DNA from: Octopus sinensis
Taxonomy: Eukaryota
DNA: 64,000 nt
Direction of reading: 5' to 3'
NCBI RefSeq assembly: GCF_006345805.1
Contig: NC_042999.1
Location: 7,688,001 to 7,752,000 of the forward strand
Made by a program: the position numbers and the translations under genes. Below the pieces are notes generated by a model. That model did not search any database, was not told the DNA's origin, and was given only the letters and a program-made list of their open reading frames with translations. Each line of letters opens with the position of its first letter. The first letter of the stretch is position 1. Positions 23,759 to 35,667 of the stretch are shown here, piece after piece.

Positions 23759-24463
23759 CTTCTATCTTTATAGCGTATTCTCATTAACATCCGGTTGTCA
23801 TCTACTTTCTCTCTTTTCCCTTCCCCATTCACCTCTAATGCTATCTCTTTCAGCTCGTTCCTTTACCCCCAACTCACCTCCGAACTCTTCCACACCTCTC
23901 CTTCATCACCTTACGCCCACCCCACCTTTTCATTTATCTCTGAGAACCATCCGACATAAAAATCTTCTTGAAGGGCAACAACACGTAATATTTAACTTCC
24001 CCTCGTCACAAGAGTTCAAAGTATCGATACTTCAACATCTCCCAATTGGATTATTCTGATCAATGTAAACCGTCATTTACTTTTTCTTTTACATACTTCA
24101 TTATTTTAGAAAATCTTTGACTTTCACTTTGTATATTTAAAAAAAAATTCCTGTTGTTCTCGGGCGGGTCATTATAACAATAACACACGCACTGGTTACT
24201 CGATTATTTCATTAATCATTCCCTTCTTGTATATTGACATTTCATGTTGTTTTGTCTTTATCTCATTCATCTTTTTAGTCTAACTTATTGCTCCTTATAT
24301 ACAGAGATAACTTTTCGATTCTTTCTCCTCTTGGGGAGTACATATTCTTCTGCTAATCAGTGTTTACTCATTCTTCATATGTACTTTTCCTGGATCCAAT
24401 CTTATAACTTGACTCAACAATGAATCACTCTGACCATTTTAATCAACCACTCCCGATCCTAGA

Positions 24464-24662
24464 TTTTCTTCTTCTTCTTCTCTTCTTCTTCTTCTTCTTC
24501 TTCTTCTTCTTCTTCTTCTTCTTCCTCCTCCTCCTCCTCCTCCTCCTTCTTCTTCTTCTTCTTCTTCTGCTTCTTCTGCTTCTTCTTCTTCCTCTTCTTC
24601 TTCTTCTTCTCATTCTTCTTCTTCTTCTTCTTCTTCTTCTCTTCTTCTTCTTCTTCTTCTCA
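24464..24662. repeat. (CTT)n/(CCT)n microsatellite
   Basis: Direct reading. Confidence 0.95.
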
Positions 24663-24676
24663 TTATTATTATTATT

Positions 24677-24868
24677 AAGGCGGCGAGCTGACAATATCGT
24701 CAGCACACCGGGTGAAATGCTTAGCGGTATTTCGCTCGTCGCTATGTTCTATGTTCAAATTCCGCCGAGGTCGACTTTGCCTTTCATCCTTTCGGGGTCG
24801 ATAAATTAAGTACCAGTTGAGTACTGGGGTCGATGTGATCGACTGTAACTCTCCCACAAAATACAGGC

Positions 24869-24872
<4 letters not shown>
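24677..24872 (+). mobile_element. SINE family A inserted in a (TTA)n tract
   Basis: Head and core present; ctcattattattatt on both sides. Confidence 0.85.
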
Positions 24873-24908
<36 letters not shown>

Positions 24909-25152
24909 TATTATTATTTATTATTATCATTATTATTATTATTATCATTATTATTATTACTATCGTTAACTGGATGACAATGTCACTCTTCTTTTATTGT
25001 TGACTCTATATCTTCAGGAGGAGTTACCTCCATCCTTTATATATTAACCAAAATGAAGTAGATTCACACGTTTATTTTTTGAACCTGTGGAAGACACACA
25101 AGATATCGAAATATCGTTCACTTGATGACAATGCCACTCTTCTTTTCTTTTG

Positions 25153-25153
25153 C

Positions 25154-25207
<54 letters not shown>

Positions 25208-25227
25208 CATCATTATTATTATTATTA

Positions 25228-25279
<52 letters not shown>

Positions 25280-25324
25280 CATTATCATCATTATTATTAT
25301 TATTATCATCATATATTATTATTA

Positions 25325-25373
<49 letters not shown>

Positions 25374-25545
25374 CATTATCGTCATTATTATTATTATTAT
25401 CATTATTATTATTATTATTATTATTATATTATATTATTATCATTATTATTATTATTATTATTAATATTATTCTTATCATTATTATTATTATTATTATATT
25501 ATTATTATTATTATATTATCATTATTATATTATCATTATTATTAC
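25153..25545. repeat. (TTA)n/(TCA)n microsatellite array
   Basis: Direct reading. Confidence 0.95.
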
Positions 25546-25639
25546 TAGACGCTTTGCTTTTTATTTCATTTTTTTCCCGTTTTATTTTCCTCGTTCCACT
25601 GAGTTTAGAAAAACTTTTTTTTCGCTTTTGATAGTTTGG

Positions 25640-26330
25640 ATTGAAAAGGGCCTCACTCATTAAGGATGGAACCTTGACGTTCTTCCTTTGATGCCATCGC
25701 AAATACTGGAATAAGTTTCGTAATTTAGCCTATTCACGACCAGGTTTCTTTTCTATGGAAACAAATTATTGCGCAGCCTTGTATTTTCCCATTCCTTTCA
25801 TAGAGATATCTGTTTTGTTCATTGTAAAGGGTTTCCTTTAAGCCAGGTTTATTGATTTTCTTATGGTCTAGCCTTTTTCCTATATTGTTTAGGATAGATT
25901 CTTCATCGTTGTTAACTAACATTTTCGGATCTATATTTTTATTCTGTTGATCGTTAATTGTGCAATCAATGTTATGTTGTTTTTTGTTGTTGTTGTGGTT
26001 CAGTATTTGATTAGTTGCTTCCAGTGGGATTTATTTACTCTCCATTCATCTTTGGATTTTTCCTCTTCTTCATCTTTTACGTTAATGCCTTATTTATTTT
26101 TTTCACGCATTTATTAGATTCTGTGGTGTTTCCATTGTATATCCACGGTCCATTTCTTGGTCGTTTCTCTCGCATTATTTGTGTTCCTTTTATGGAAAAT
26201 TATCTGTTTTGTGTATGGTAGAATATATTCAATGCCTTCATTGGTTTGTCAGAGCTTATCTTTTCACTATAGAACCGGATGTTTTACTTCTATCCTGTAA
26301 TCTTGGTGCAAGTTATTTTATTATTTCATT
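25640..26330 (-). pseudogene. Possible decayed R4/Dong-like LINE fragments
   Basis: LYNEQNRYLYERNGKIQG..KETWS.I resembles the post-RT K.HG.Y...SW.WL region; many stops. Confidence 0.3.
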
Positions 26331-26392
26331 GCTCATTATAACTTCCCACATACTTCTGTGTTTCTCTTTAATTTTAATCTTACATCACCCTG

Positions 26393-26700
26393 TTTTCTTC
26401 TTCTTCTTCTTCTTCTTCTTCTTCTTCTTCTTCTTCTTCTTCTTCCTCGCCCTCCTCTTCTTCTTCTTGTTCTTTTCTTCTTGTTCTTGTTCTTGTTCTT
26501 GGTCTTGTTCTTCTTGTTCTTCTTGTTCTTCTTCTTCTTCATCATCATTATCATCATCGTCATCGTCATCATCATCTTCATCATCTTCTTCTTCTTCTTC
26601 TTCTTCTTCTTCTTCTTCTTTTTTCTCTTCTTCTTCTTCTTTTTTTCCTCTTCTTCTTCTTCTTCTTCTTCTTCTTCTTCTTTTCTTCTTCTTCTTCTTC
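26393..26700. repeat. (CTT)n/(CAT)n compound microsatellite
   Basis: Direct reading. Confidence 0.95.
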
Positions 26701-27015
26701 GTATCTCATGCATCCTTTATGATGGCTTTGTGTATTAAATGTTTGTATGGACGTATAATATGCGTGGTGTCATGTCTCTCTTCAGTGCTACAAGTAACAT
26801 GTAGCCCAATATAGGCTGTTAATTTATCGGGCCGCCGGTTCCTAAGCCAGCCACCCGTGCCAAGCTTGCTTGATGAATAGGGTAGAATTTGGCCCCTTTA
26901 TGATATGAAAAACAAGGCCTTTCAAAGGACAGATAAAAACAGAAGAGTCAACGGCCATCCAATTTGCATGATATATATGTATAAATGTATATATATTTAT
27001 ATATAATATATATAT

Positions 27016-27790
27016 ATACTAAGCAATAAAGGGTTTAGCAACGAATTGCCTTACCACATACCGAATTTAGAAATAGCAGTCAAAGAGTTATAGCTATTTC
27101 TTCTACGAAAAAGGGAGATCTCAGTAAAAACAGCAATTGGAAGGCAGACACAAACAGGTAAGAGAGAATGAATTGACGGCAATCTATCATACAATTTTAC
27201 TCAGTAGATGACCACAGCATCTTGTTTTGGCTACACGCGGGTGGGAAGGGGCTGGTGACACAATCTTTTCATTCACGCATTGGATTTGGTGATACTAGTT
27301 GCGGATTCTAGCTCGCTCTGATACTGAGTTGAGTTGGTGCCTCCTAGTATCTCAAAATTCAATATATAATCATTTATGATTATAGTATTCTACGCTGAAG
27401 AGAAAAGAAGTTTTGGTGAGATAGAATTATTTAATGTTTAATATTTAATATTTAATTCTTATGCTTTCCTAAAAACTTGATTTCGAAACGTACGTCCGTA
27501 GATAACTTAAAATTGTATGATAGATTGCCGTCAATTCATTCTCTCTTACCTGTTTGTGTCTGCCTTCCAATTGCTGTTTTTACTGAGATCTCCCTTTTTA
27601 GTAGAAGAAATAGCTATAACTCTTTGACTGCTATTTCTAAATTCGGTATGTGGTAAGGCAATTCGTTGCTAAACCCTTTATTGCTTAGTATTACTTAAAT
27701 TTTCCTCGAATGAGGCTTTTACATGCCGAAGACTACTTGGTGTAATTGATAATTATTCCAAATTAATTAATTAATTAATTTCACCCTTCA
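27016..27790 (+). mobile_element. Penelope-like terminal structure with 184-bp inverted repeat
   Basis: 27016-27199 is the near-perfect reverse complement of 27508-27691; flanked by (TA)n; HHR in the spacer; related sequence at 45590-45890. Confidence 0.8.
27390..27501 (+). ncRNA. Type I hammerhead ribozyme with long stem II and palindromic stem-III loop
   Basis: CUACG CUGAAGA G(stem II, 83 nt)C GAAAC GUAC GUC CGUAG: intact core, 5-bp stem I, GUC triplet; predicted cut after C27496. Confidence 0.85.
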
Positions 27791-27801
27791 TTATTACGGA
27801 T

Positions 27802-27843
<42 letters not shown>

Positions 27844-28086
27844 GTCATTCCTCTTATATGTATATATATATATACATACAAAATATCGGGGTATTAAGGT
27901 TTAGGTACGCTAGGTAAGTGCTGTAACGGATTACTAGGGCTCCAAGTTTATAGCCGAGACGGTAGTTATGGAGCCATTGCGGATTTCCGATATAGCGGAT
28001 ATATAATTGCAAAAGAAGACAACAAACGTTAAAGCAAGGCAAACATATCAAGTCGTGTACATTATTATTATTGGAAAAAATTCAAA

Positions 28087-28142
28087 GTCTTACAGCTGTT
28101 TCTGTGATATCCCAGAGTATGGGATATTCCGTCATCGGAGAC
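28087..28142 (-). ncRNA. Type I hammerhead motif with a U4-to-C change
   Basis: GUCU CCGAUGA cgga AUAUCCCA uacuc UGGGAUAU caca GAAAC AGCU GUA AGAC; lies in a ~300-bp element (27880-28195) between (TA)n tracts. Confidence 0.65.
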
Positions 28143-28273
28143 AAATATCTCTCTTTCTTCAACTCCTTCTTCCTTTACTCATGTTCTCTACATATACATA
28201 TATATGTATATATGTGTGTATATATATATATGTATATATGTGTGTGTGTGTGTATATATATATATACATACAC

Positions 28274-28323
<50 letters not shown>

Positions 28324-28781
28324 GCACATATATGTGTGTGTGTGTGTGTGTGCGTGTGTATGCATGAAGATTTTAAAATGTTGGCTTTTATAACCAAGTG
28401 CGCGTTTCACCTCCAGGGTTGGACTTTAAGCGGTGGCGAAGGCAACTAATCTAAAAGCTGTAGAATTCTTATAGAAAAGTCCGAGGTATATTATTCATTG
28501 TGATTCATGTCAAAATTTGTAGCTGGTTCCACACATCACATCACATCGTCACTGAAAACAAGCCATCTGTATGCGTAGACTAACAGCTAGTTGTTGGACC
28601 CTGATAACTCGAAGACGGCCGGAGAATCCGCTATAATATGCATATAACTCGTCAAGACATTCTAATCTGATGTATTGTCCTTTACTAGATTTACTAATAT
28701 TTCGAAAGGAGCCAACTGATCGAAGTGAATGGGTTTGTTAAGAGTTAAACTTTTGAAAGATCATTATTACATTGGCTTCTA

Positions 28782-29185
28782 AGGCGTCGAGCTGACAGAA
28801 TCGTTAGCACACTGGACGGAATGCTTAGCGGTATTTCGTTTGCCTATGCGTTGTGAGTTCAAATTCCGCCGGGGTCGACTTTGCCTTTCATCCTTTCGGG
28901 GTCGATAAATTCAGTACCAGTTACGCACTGGGGTCGATGTAATCGACTTAATCTGTTTGTCTGTCCTTGTGTGTCCCTTCTGTGCTTAGCCCCTTGTGAG
29001 TAGTAAAGAAGTAAGAAATATGTATTTCGTTTGCCTATACGTTCTGAGTTCAAATTCCGCTGAGGTCGACTTTGCTTTTCATCCTTTCGGGGTCGACAAA
29101 TTAAGTAGCAGTTACGTACTGGGGACGATGTAATCGATTCGTCCCCTCCCACCGAATTTCAAGCCTTGTACCTATAGTAGAAAGG
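28782..29185 (+). mobile_element. SINE family A, two units, 19-bp TSD
   Basis: attattacattggcttcta at 28763-28781 and 29186-29204. Confidence 0.92.
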
Positions 29186-30649
29186 ATTATTACATTGGCT
29201 TCTACTTGCTGTCTCGTAGTAAACTCTCACTATAGCATGTATCGTAGGTCCTAGCTTCGAGGATATTGTCTTTATTAATCACTGATTTATTAATGTGTCT
29301 TAATTATGATCGGTTTTTAAGTATCATGGCTTCCTTCTGATTTCTCTCGGTCCTGTTCGTATTAGTTTTCCATTTAAATATTGCATTGTATGACGTTGTT
29401 TATGATGTGTGTTTAAACGATATACGATGTGTGTAGTTGTACATTCTGGAGATCCGTAAACCATCATCTTTTTGCTTGCTTTGTAAATCTTCATCTTGGA
29501 TACGGTGTTCTATTTCCTTTATTCTATTTTTATGGAAAGCTTTTGTTTCCATGCGAAAGTTGTTATACGACACTTCGTAGCAATTTATTGTCGTCGGTGT
29601 TTCTGTGGTTGCCGCTTCTTACGACTTTTCCTATAACATAATTCCAGGTTAGTCATATCAGTACACTCATGCTTTGATATTAAATGACAGCAAATTTCCT
29701 CATCTGAAAGTAGGACGCCGGTGTTTTCTCTTCTTTTCTTTTTGACGATAACCTTTTGAGAGCACATCACTTCTGACACACATAGAGATTTTGCATCGTG
29801 CTCGCATTAAACTCACGCGACGGTATTCATGACAAATCGTGTGCTATTGTTTGTCATTGCTCTTCGTATTTAAATAGAAATAAATTATGTATTTAGAATC
29901 AAGACTAATGTACTCAATAAATACAATACAGTGTATTACAATATGACTGCTTCCTTGGAAAAAAAACTTCTTAGAAATGCTATGAATATATCCTGTCTGC
30001 AGTTTGCACCTCGGTGACCTTTTAACGAAAAGGTTTTCTCTTATTTTGCAGTAACCCGTTGGAATATATTCAATGAATCTAAAGAAATTAATGTCGCCTA
30101 CTCTGAATGACTTTACGAAAATGATGTCTTCGTTTTTAAATCGACAACTCTATAAGAGGCTTCACAGATAATTACCGATTCCATTCGGTGCCAATGAGGT
30201 AACCCTTGAATGTTGTATTGATTGACAGTGCACAGCGAAACAAACAAGCTAATTAGCAACCCTTAAAATCTAATTATCTCAATATCTCTATCGATATTCC
30301 ACAAAGGTCATTTACTTATATTCGAGTCATTGCTTCAGAGGAATTACTAAACCCACGCATGCGCCAGGCTACTCGATAGAGGCGATATAATATGGTTTCA
30401 TCCATAAAAACATACTGCAAAACTCAAAACGTAGACTGAAAAACGTCTTAAATGAACGGAACTTCATTTTCGTTCCAAGGTTTATATAATTTCCCGGTAA
30501 TTTACCATTCTTTAACTTGCTCAGAACATGGAAACTGTGTTGAGTTACTCGCTTCTGTATTGCAGTAGAGATTAACAGTTGGTCAAAGAGATTAGTGGAT
30601 GATCTACTCAGTTTGTTGGTTATTAGTGCTTTTCAGGATAAGTCTGAAC

Positions 30650-31010
30650 GTTGATGAAAAAAAAACTGGTTCGTCTATTCTGGAGGGTTTTCAGATCAAA
30701 GACTACAATCGAAAATTTTTATATGTCCTCGTCCTGATAACGCTACTGGTAGATATGAACTCCAGAACCACAGAAGTCGGTGGAGGGGGCGCTGTCCGAG
30801 ATGCACGAAGGGTGAAGAAATTGTTTTGTCATCAATCGTTCATTGTCCGGATGTTATTAATTTGTGGTGAGATATCGAAGAGCTGCTGCCAAGTGTGGGA
30901 CGGATCCGACTATCTGCTGAGTTCCTCATCATCAATACTTCACCGACTTCCTTAACTGGGCAAGACTATTAATATTTCTAGTGGCTATATCGAAAGAAGC
31001 TGTGCAGTAG
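30650..31010 (-). pseudogene. Possible LINE APE-endonuclease relic
   Basis: FDIATRNINSLAQLRK...HKLITSG...RGHIKIF resemble APE motifs; frameshifted. Confidence 0.3.
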
Positions 31011-31544
31011 AAAAGGTAGGAAGTTATAAAGTCAGAGGCTGTCTTCTTCTGAAGAGGTGTTGGGTTTTTCAGTTTCACTTGAAAAAGAGGACAAGAGCGG
31101 AAAGGTAAGTACTGTCCCCGAGTGACTTTAAAAACTGGGCGGAAGTGACTAAAATGGCAAGAGTAGGAGGGACGAATCTAAATTAAACTGTTAAACCTAA
31201 GACCAACAACTGTAGAGGGCACTTGTTTTCGTGGTCAGTGTTAAAAGACCAGCAGCTGTTTCTTTTTGTGATGAACAATATCTACCAACATTATGACGGA
31301 TCTACGAGCCCCCAGAAACAAATTATAACTCCTTAATTCTTCCCCTTCAATTTTTTCTGTCGTGTGTACTCTGTGTCAGTTAGATCTATTAATATGAATA
31401 TCTTAATATTTATACTTAAATATTCACCGTCTGAAAGCCTTCACCTTTTGCTTTCTCTCGTTTTGCAAGTATACATATATACATGTTTTGTAGTTCATAC
31501 CCAAGATATTTAATATATTTATTTGAATAATTGCCTATATATAT

Positions 31545-31693
31545 ATATATATGAATAAATAAATAAATGGAGTTGAACGAAGATGTTAACAAAATTCCCT
31601 TACTCTCGACATATGTTTCGTGAATTTGCTACCCTGGTATCGGTTCATCGAATTTTCCATGTTGACGGTAAACATACGATAATTCATTCACCT

Positions 31694-31700
<7 letters not shown>
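31545..31700 (-). mobile_element. Short element between (TA)n tracts with a decayed hammerhead
   Basis: Minus strand UCGAUGA...GAAAC AUAU GUC GAGAG: palindromic loop and GUC are kept; stem I and the core are damaged. Confidence 0.4.
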
Positions 31701-31756
<56 letters not shown>

Positions 31757-31758
<2 letters not shown>

Positions 31759-31945
31759 ATCCAAACACGAACAAACAAAAAAAACAACAACGCGAGGACG
31801 TGGAATAAGTACGCTCAGGAAAGGAAAGAAAGAAAGAGGATTTCACGTTTCGAGCGGAGCTCTTCGTCAGAAATATAAAATAAGTCCAAAGAAGGGAAGA
31901 CGGGGAAAGGATATCGCCAACGATACACACGCGGTTACATATTGA
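31757..31945 (-). mobile_element. Element family P2, copy 1
   Basis: Highly similar to 45125-45325; starts at (TA)n. Confidence 0.8.
31840..31874 (-). ncRNA. Minimal type I hammerhead (cleavage triplet mutated to GUG)
   Basis: AUUU CUGACGA A GAGC ucc GCUC GAAAC GU G AAAU. Confidence 0.6.
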
Positions 31946-32091
31946 AATGACCGGAGGGGAAAGGGTGCAGAAAAAGTTCTTTGTGCCACCAAACATTTTG
32001 CAAGTCGCTACACAGTTTTCGCAATTTTTTTATAAACTAGCCCCTACACTGATTTTCTAGTTATACATGATTGCACCTAATTTGCACTGCC

Positions 32092-32504
32092 TACCTATTT
32101 CTTTACTACCCACAAGGGTCTAAACAGAGAGGGGACAAAGAAGGACAGACAAACGGATTAAGTCGATTACATCGACCCCAGAGCGTAACTGGTACTTAAT
32201 TTACCGACCCCGAAAGGATGAAAGGCAAAGTCGACATCGGTGGAATTTGAACTCAGAACGTAACGGCAGACGAAATACCTATTTCTTTACTACCCACAAG
32301 GGGCTAAACACAGAGTGGACAAACAAGGACAGACAAACGAATTTAGTCGAGTATATTGACTCCAGTGCGTAACTGGTACTTAATTTATCGACCCCGAAAG
32401 AATAAAAGGCAAAGTCGACTTCGGCGGAATTTCAACTCAGAGCGTAACGGCAGACGAAATACCGCTAAGCATTTCGCCCGACGTGCTAACGTTTCTGCCA
32501 GCTC
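32092..32504 (-). mobile_element. SINE family A, two units
   Basis: One head, two units; ctacct on both sides. Confidence 0.9.
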
Positions 32505-32864
32505 TACCTTTCTGATGGTTGAGACGTTTGGTACCAGTCATTTGCTGGCTTTTCTTCCAATTCAGTAAATATGGTTGAATCGAAAATTGACTTTATTAGT
32601 TTGAACAATAAAATTCCCGTTTCAGTAATGTGATACTGTATCATTGTTTCACTATTAATTAACAGCAATCATTATTAATTTTGTTAATTGAATAATCAAG
32701 AATCTGAAGATAACTGAAGTTAAAATATTATTAAAAGAAAATTATGAAATACACAGCATTCCTCGAAATTGGAGGTAATTTAATCTCTTAACTATCGTGC
32801 TATTTATTGAAGTCTCCTAATATCTAATTTAGAACATTTTACAACTTGTTTTGGGGACATACCT

Positions 32865-33261
32865 ATTTCTTTATTAGCCACAAGGGGCTAAACATAGAGG
32901 AGACAAACACGGACAGACATAGGTATTAAGTGGATTACATCGACCCCTGTGCATAACTGGTACTTATTTAATCGACCCCGAAAGGATGAAAGGCAAAGTC
33001 GACCTCGGCGAAATTTGAACTCAGAACGTAACGGCAGACGAAATACCGCTAAGCATTTCGCCCGGCGTGCTAACGTTTCTGCCAGCTCGCCGCCTTGAGT
33101 GAAAGAGTACAGCAGGGATCACCCCGCCCCCGCAGCCGGAGATACGTGGAGCTTTAGGTGTTTTCGCTCAATAAACACTCACAGCACCCGGTCTGGGAAT
33201 CGAAACCGCGATCCTAGGACCGCGAGTCCGCTACCATAACCACTGGGCCATTGCGCCTCCA
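32865..33261 (-). mobile_element. Chimeric SINE: family-B head (33097-33261) fused to a full family-A SINE (32865-33096)
   Basis: Direct junction; degenerate TSD ttttggggacatacct / tttggggggcatacct flanks the whole composite. Confidence 0.75.
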
Positions 33262-33294
33262 CAGTTTGGGGGGCATACCTTCGACTGTTTCTTT

Positions 33295-33495
33295 AATGAC
33301 GTCACTGATACTCTGTCGGTTACGACGACACGGTTTCCCTGTTTATTCGATCAACGGAACAATCTGCTCGTGTATTTAACGTGCGAGTGGCTGAACACTG
33401 CACAGACACGCCTACCCTTAACTTAGTTCTCAGAGAAATTCAGCGTGCTTTAGAATGTGATAAGGTTGGCTGTTTGCAAAACAGGTACCACTCAT
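33295..33495 (-). mobile_element. Diverged family-B-type SINE tail
   Basis: gtcggttacgacgac..cgatcaacggaac..acagacacg..cccttaac. Confidence 0.65.
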
Positions 33496-33543
33496 CTTTG
33501 CCAGGTGAGGGGACTGGAGCGGCATTAAAAATAAGTCTTATTT

Positions 33544-33933
33544 TATTTCTTTATTGCGCACAAGGGGCTACACACAGAGAGGACAAACAAGGACAGACAA
33601 ACGGATTAAGTCGATTACATCGACCCCAGTGCGTAACTGGTACTTAATTTATCGACCCCAAAAAGATGAAAGGCAAAGTCGACCTCGGCGGAATTTGAAC
33701 TCAGAACGTAACGGCACACGAAATACCTATTTCTTTATTGCCCACAAGGAGCTAAACATAGAGAGGACAAACAAGGACAGACAAAAGGATTAAGTCAATT
33801 ATACTGACCCCAGTGCGTAATTGGTACTTATTTAATCGACCCCGACGGAATTTGAACTCAGAACGTAACGGCAGACGAAATACCGCTAAGCATTTCGCCC
33901 AGTGTGCCAACGTTTCTGCCAGCTCGCCGCCTT
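33544..33933 (-). mobile_element. SINE family A, two units
   Basis: One head, two units. Confidence 0.9.
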
Positions 33934-35044
33934 TTAGAAATAAGTCTTGCTCAAGAGCACAAGCGCCGCTGGGAATAGAACTCACGATATATGGTTTACG
34001 ACCGTGAGTCAAATATTCTAACCTCTAAGCTACGCCACTTCACTGTTTAGTGACGTAATGTAAAGCAAAATGACTTTTGTACAGAACCGAATCTAAGTGG
34101 TCGAAACAATTGAACAGGACGTAAAGACCAGTCTTTAAACTTATTACCGATGTGTTTTGTGATGCCCTACGATGCTTGGATTCCTTTTGAATCGTATTCA
34201 CTCTAAATAGAATTGTAGCTTCGAAGACATGTAAGAGATTCTATGACGTTTAGCTATTTTTGCCAAGAGAATTAATACCGTTGTGGAGAGCATCGAAACA
34301 AAATGAGTCTTTACTTGTAAAAAGCTTCTGCTGCTCTGCGGCGCTCAGTCATTTGGACTGAAATATTTCATTGCATGCGTGTGTGAATAACAAAGCAACT
34401 AATGGTAATGCTTGTAGAAGGTGGTATTGGAATTATATCGATAGTGTATCATATTATTCAAACATGAATTACACTGGCAGTATATCCAATTAGAAATACG
34501 AAATAAATTCCCCAAACACTATTTTCTTTAATAAATTGTTCAAAGTCATTATAATGAGATATACGTGAGGAAATATGTTAGAAAATAGATCAATAAATTT
34601 CGAAAATTTATTAAAATTTCACTGAAAAGAAACATCAAAAACTGGCAGCACTCTATACCAATAGCTTTTTGTTATTGATGGAATTTACCGAATTGAAATC
34701 ATGGCTTGAGTTCGATTTTCTGCGGAACCAATATTTTATTCTATTCATTGTTAATGAAGCTGGAATCAACACAAACGGCTTCGTTTCTCGTTTACCTGCT
34801 GATGTCTAAACAATAACGTTTCTTAACAATAGGATGAGGCGTCGTGATGTGGTAAGAATTTCGCTTCCCGACCACACGGCTCCGGCTTCAGTTCCACTGC
34901 ACGGTACTTTGGGCAAGTGTCTCTTACAATAGCACCGGGAAAACAAAGACTTTTGAATGAATTTGGTAGATGGTAACTGAAACAAGCCTGTCGTGTTTGT
35001 GTGTAGTATATATATATCCATATCTATCTATCTATCTATCCATA

Positions 35045-35395
35045 TATATAATTCGTGCTATCATAATTGTTTTTACGTATTTTTGAATTTTTATTCGTGT
35101 AACATCGTCCGGTTTTCCGTCCTTGTTTTGTATACATTCGAGGCTTTCTTCCAAGGAATCTAATGCGCTTGGCTTAGATTTTCCTTTGGGGCTGGCCAGA
35201 TCGGAGCAATCTCAAGATTAATCAGCCGAAATTGCGAAGATGATCCGGTTCTTGACTGAAGATTGAAGGCTTCGAATGTCCCGTCCGTGTTTTTTGTATC
35301 GTCTTCTAAATGCTTCACGTTCTTGTCCCAGTTTGTATTTTTTTACATTTACTGCAGTCTGTTTATTACTGTGAAAAATTTTGAAATTAGTGTAG
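35045..35395 (+). mobile_element. Element family P1, copy 3
   Basis: Reverse-complement homology to 785-1270 and 13905-14320; (TA)n on both sides. Confidence 0.7.
35196..35277 (+). ncRNA. Strand-shuffled hammerhead-like motif (P1 copy 3) with compensatory changes
   Basis: GCAAUC UCAAGA uuaaucagcc GAAAUUGC (14 nt) UCUUGA CUGAAGA uu GAA ggc UUC GAAU. Confidence 0.65.
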
Positions 35396-35425
35396 TATAT
35401 ATATATATATATATAGCCGCTCCGG

Positions 35426-35459
<34 letters not shown>

Positions 35460-35667
35460 CAGTAATCTCTCAACTATCGCGGGTGTTACGATCCAAAACC
35501 CCCGCGATAGGAGAAAATCCGTGAAGTAGAAGCAGTACTGTACTGTATATCTTTTAAACTTATTTTTATAATTTGTATGTATTTATTTTGTTACAAATGT
35601 AAAACAACACCATGGAGGAATCGGCGTAAGCTTAAATGATAAACTGCGATACGGCGAGGGATTACTC
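35460..35667 (+). mobile_element. Tigger/pogo-like MITE
   Basis: TA|CAGTAATCTCTC...GAGGGATTACT TIRs, inserted in (TA)n. Confidence 0.75.

Noticed and set aside
24420-26814. Long poly-L, poly-I, poly-Y and poly-K ORFs
   Set aside because: They are translations of (CTT)n and (TTA)n microsatellites.
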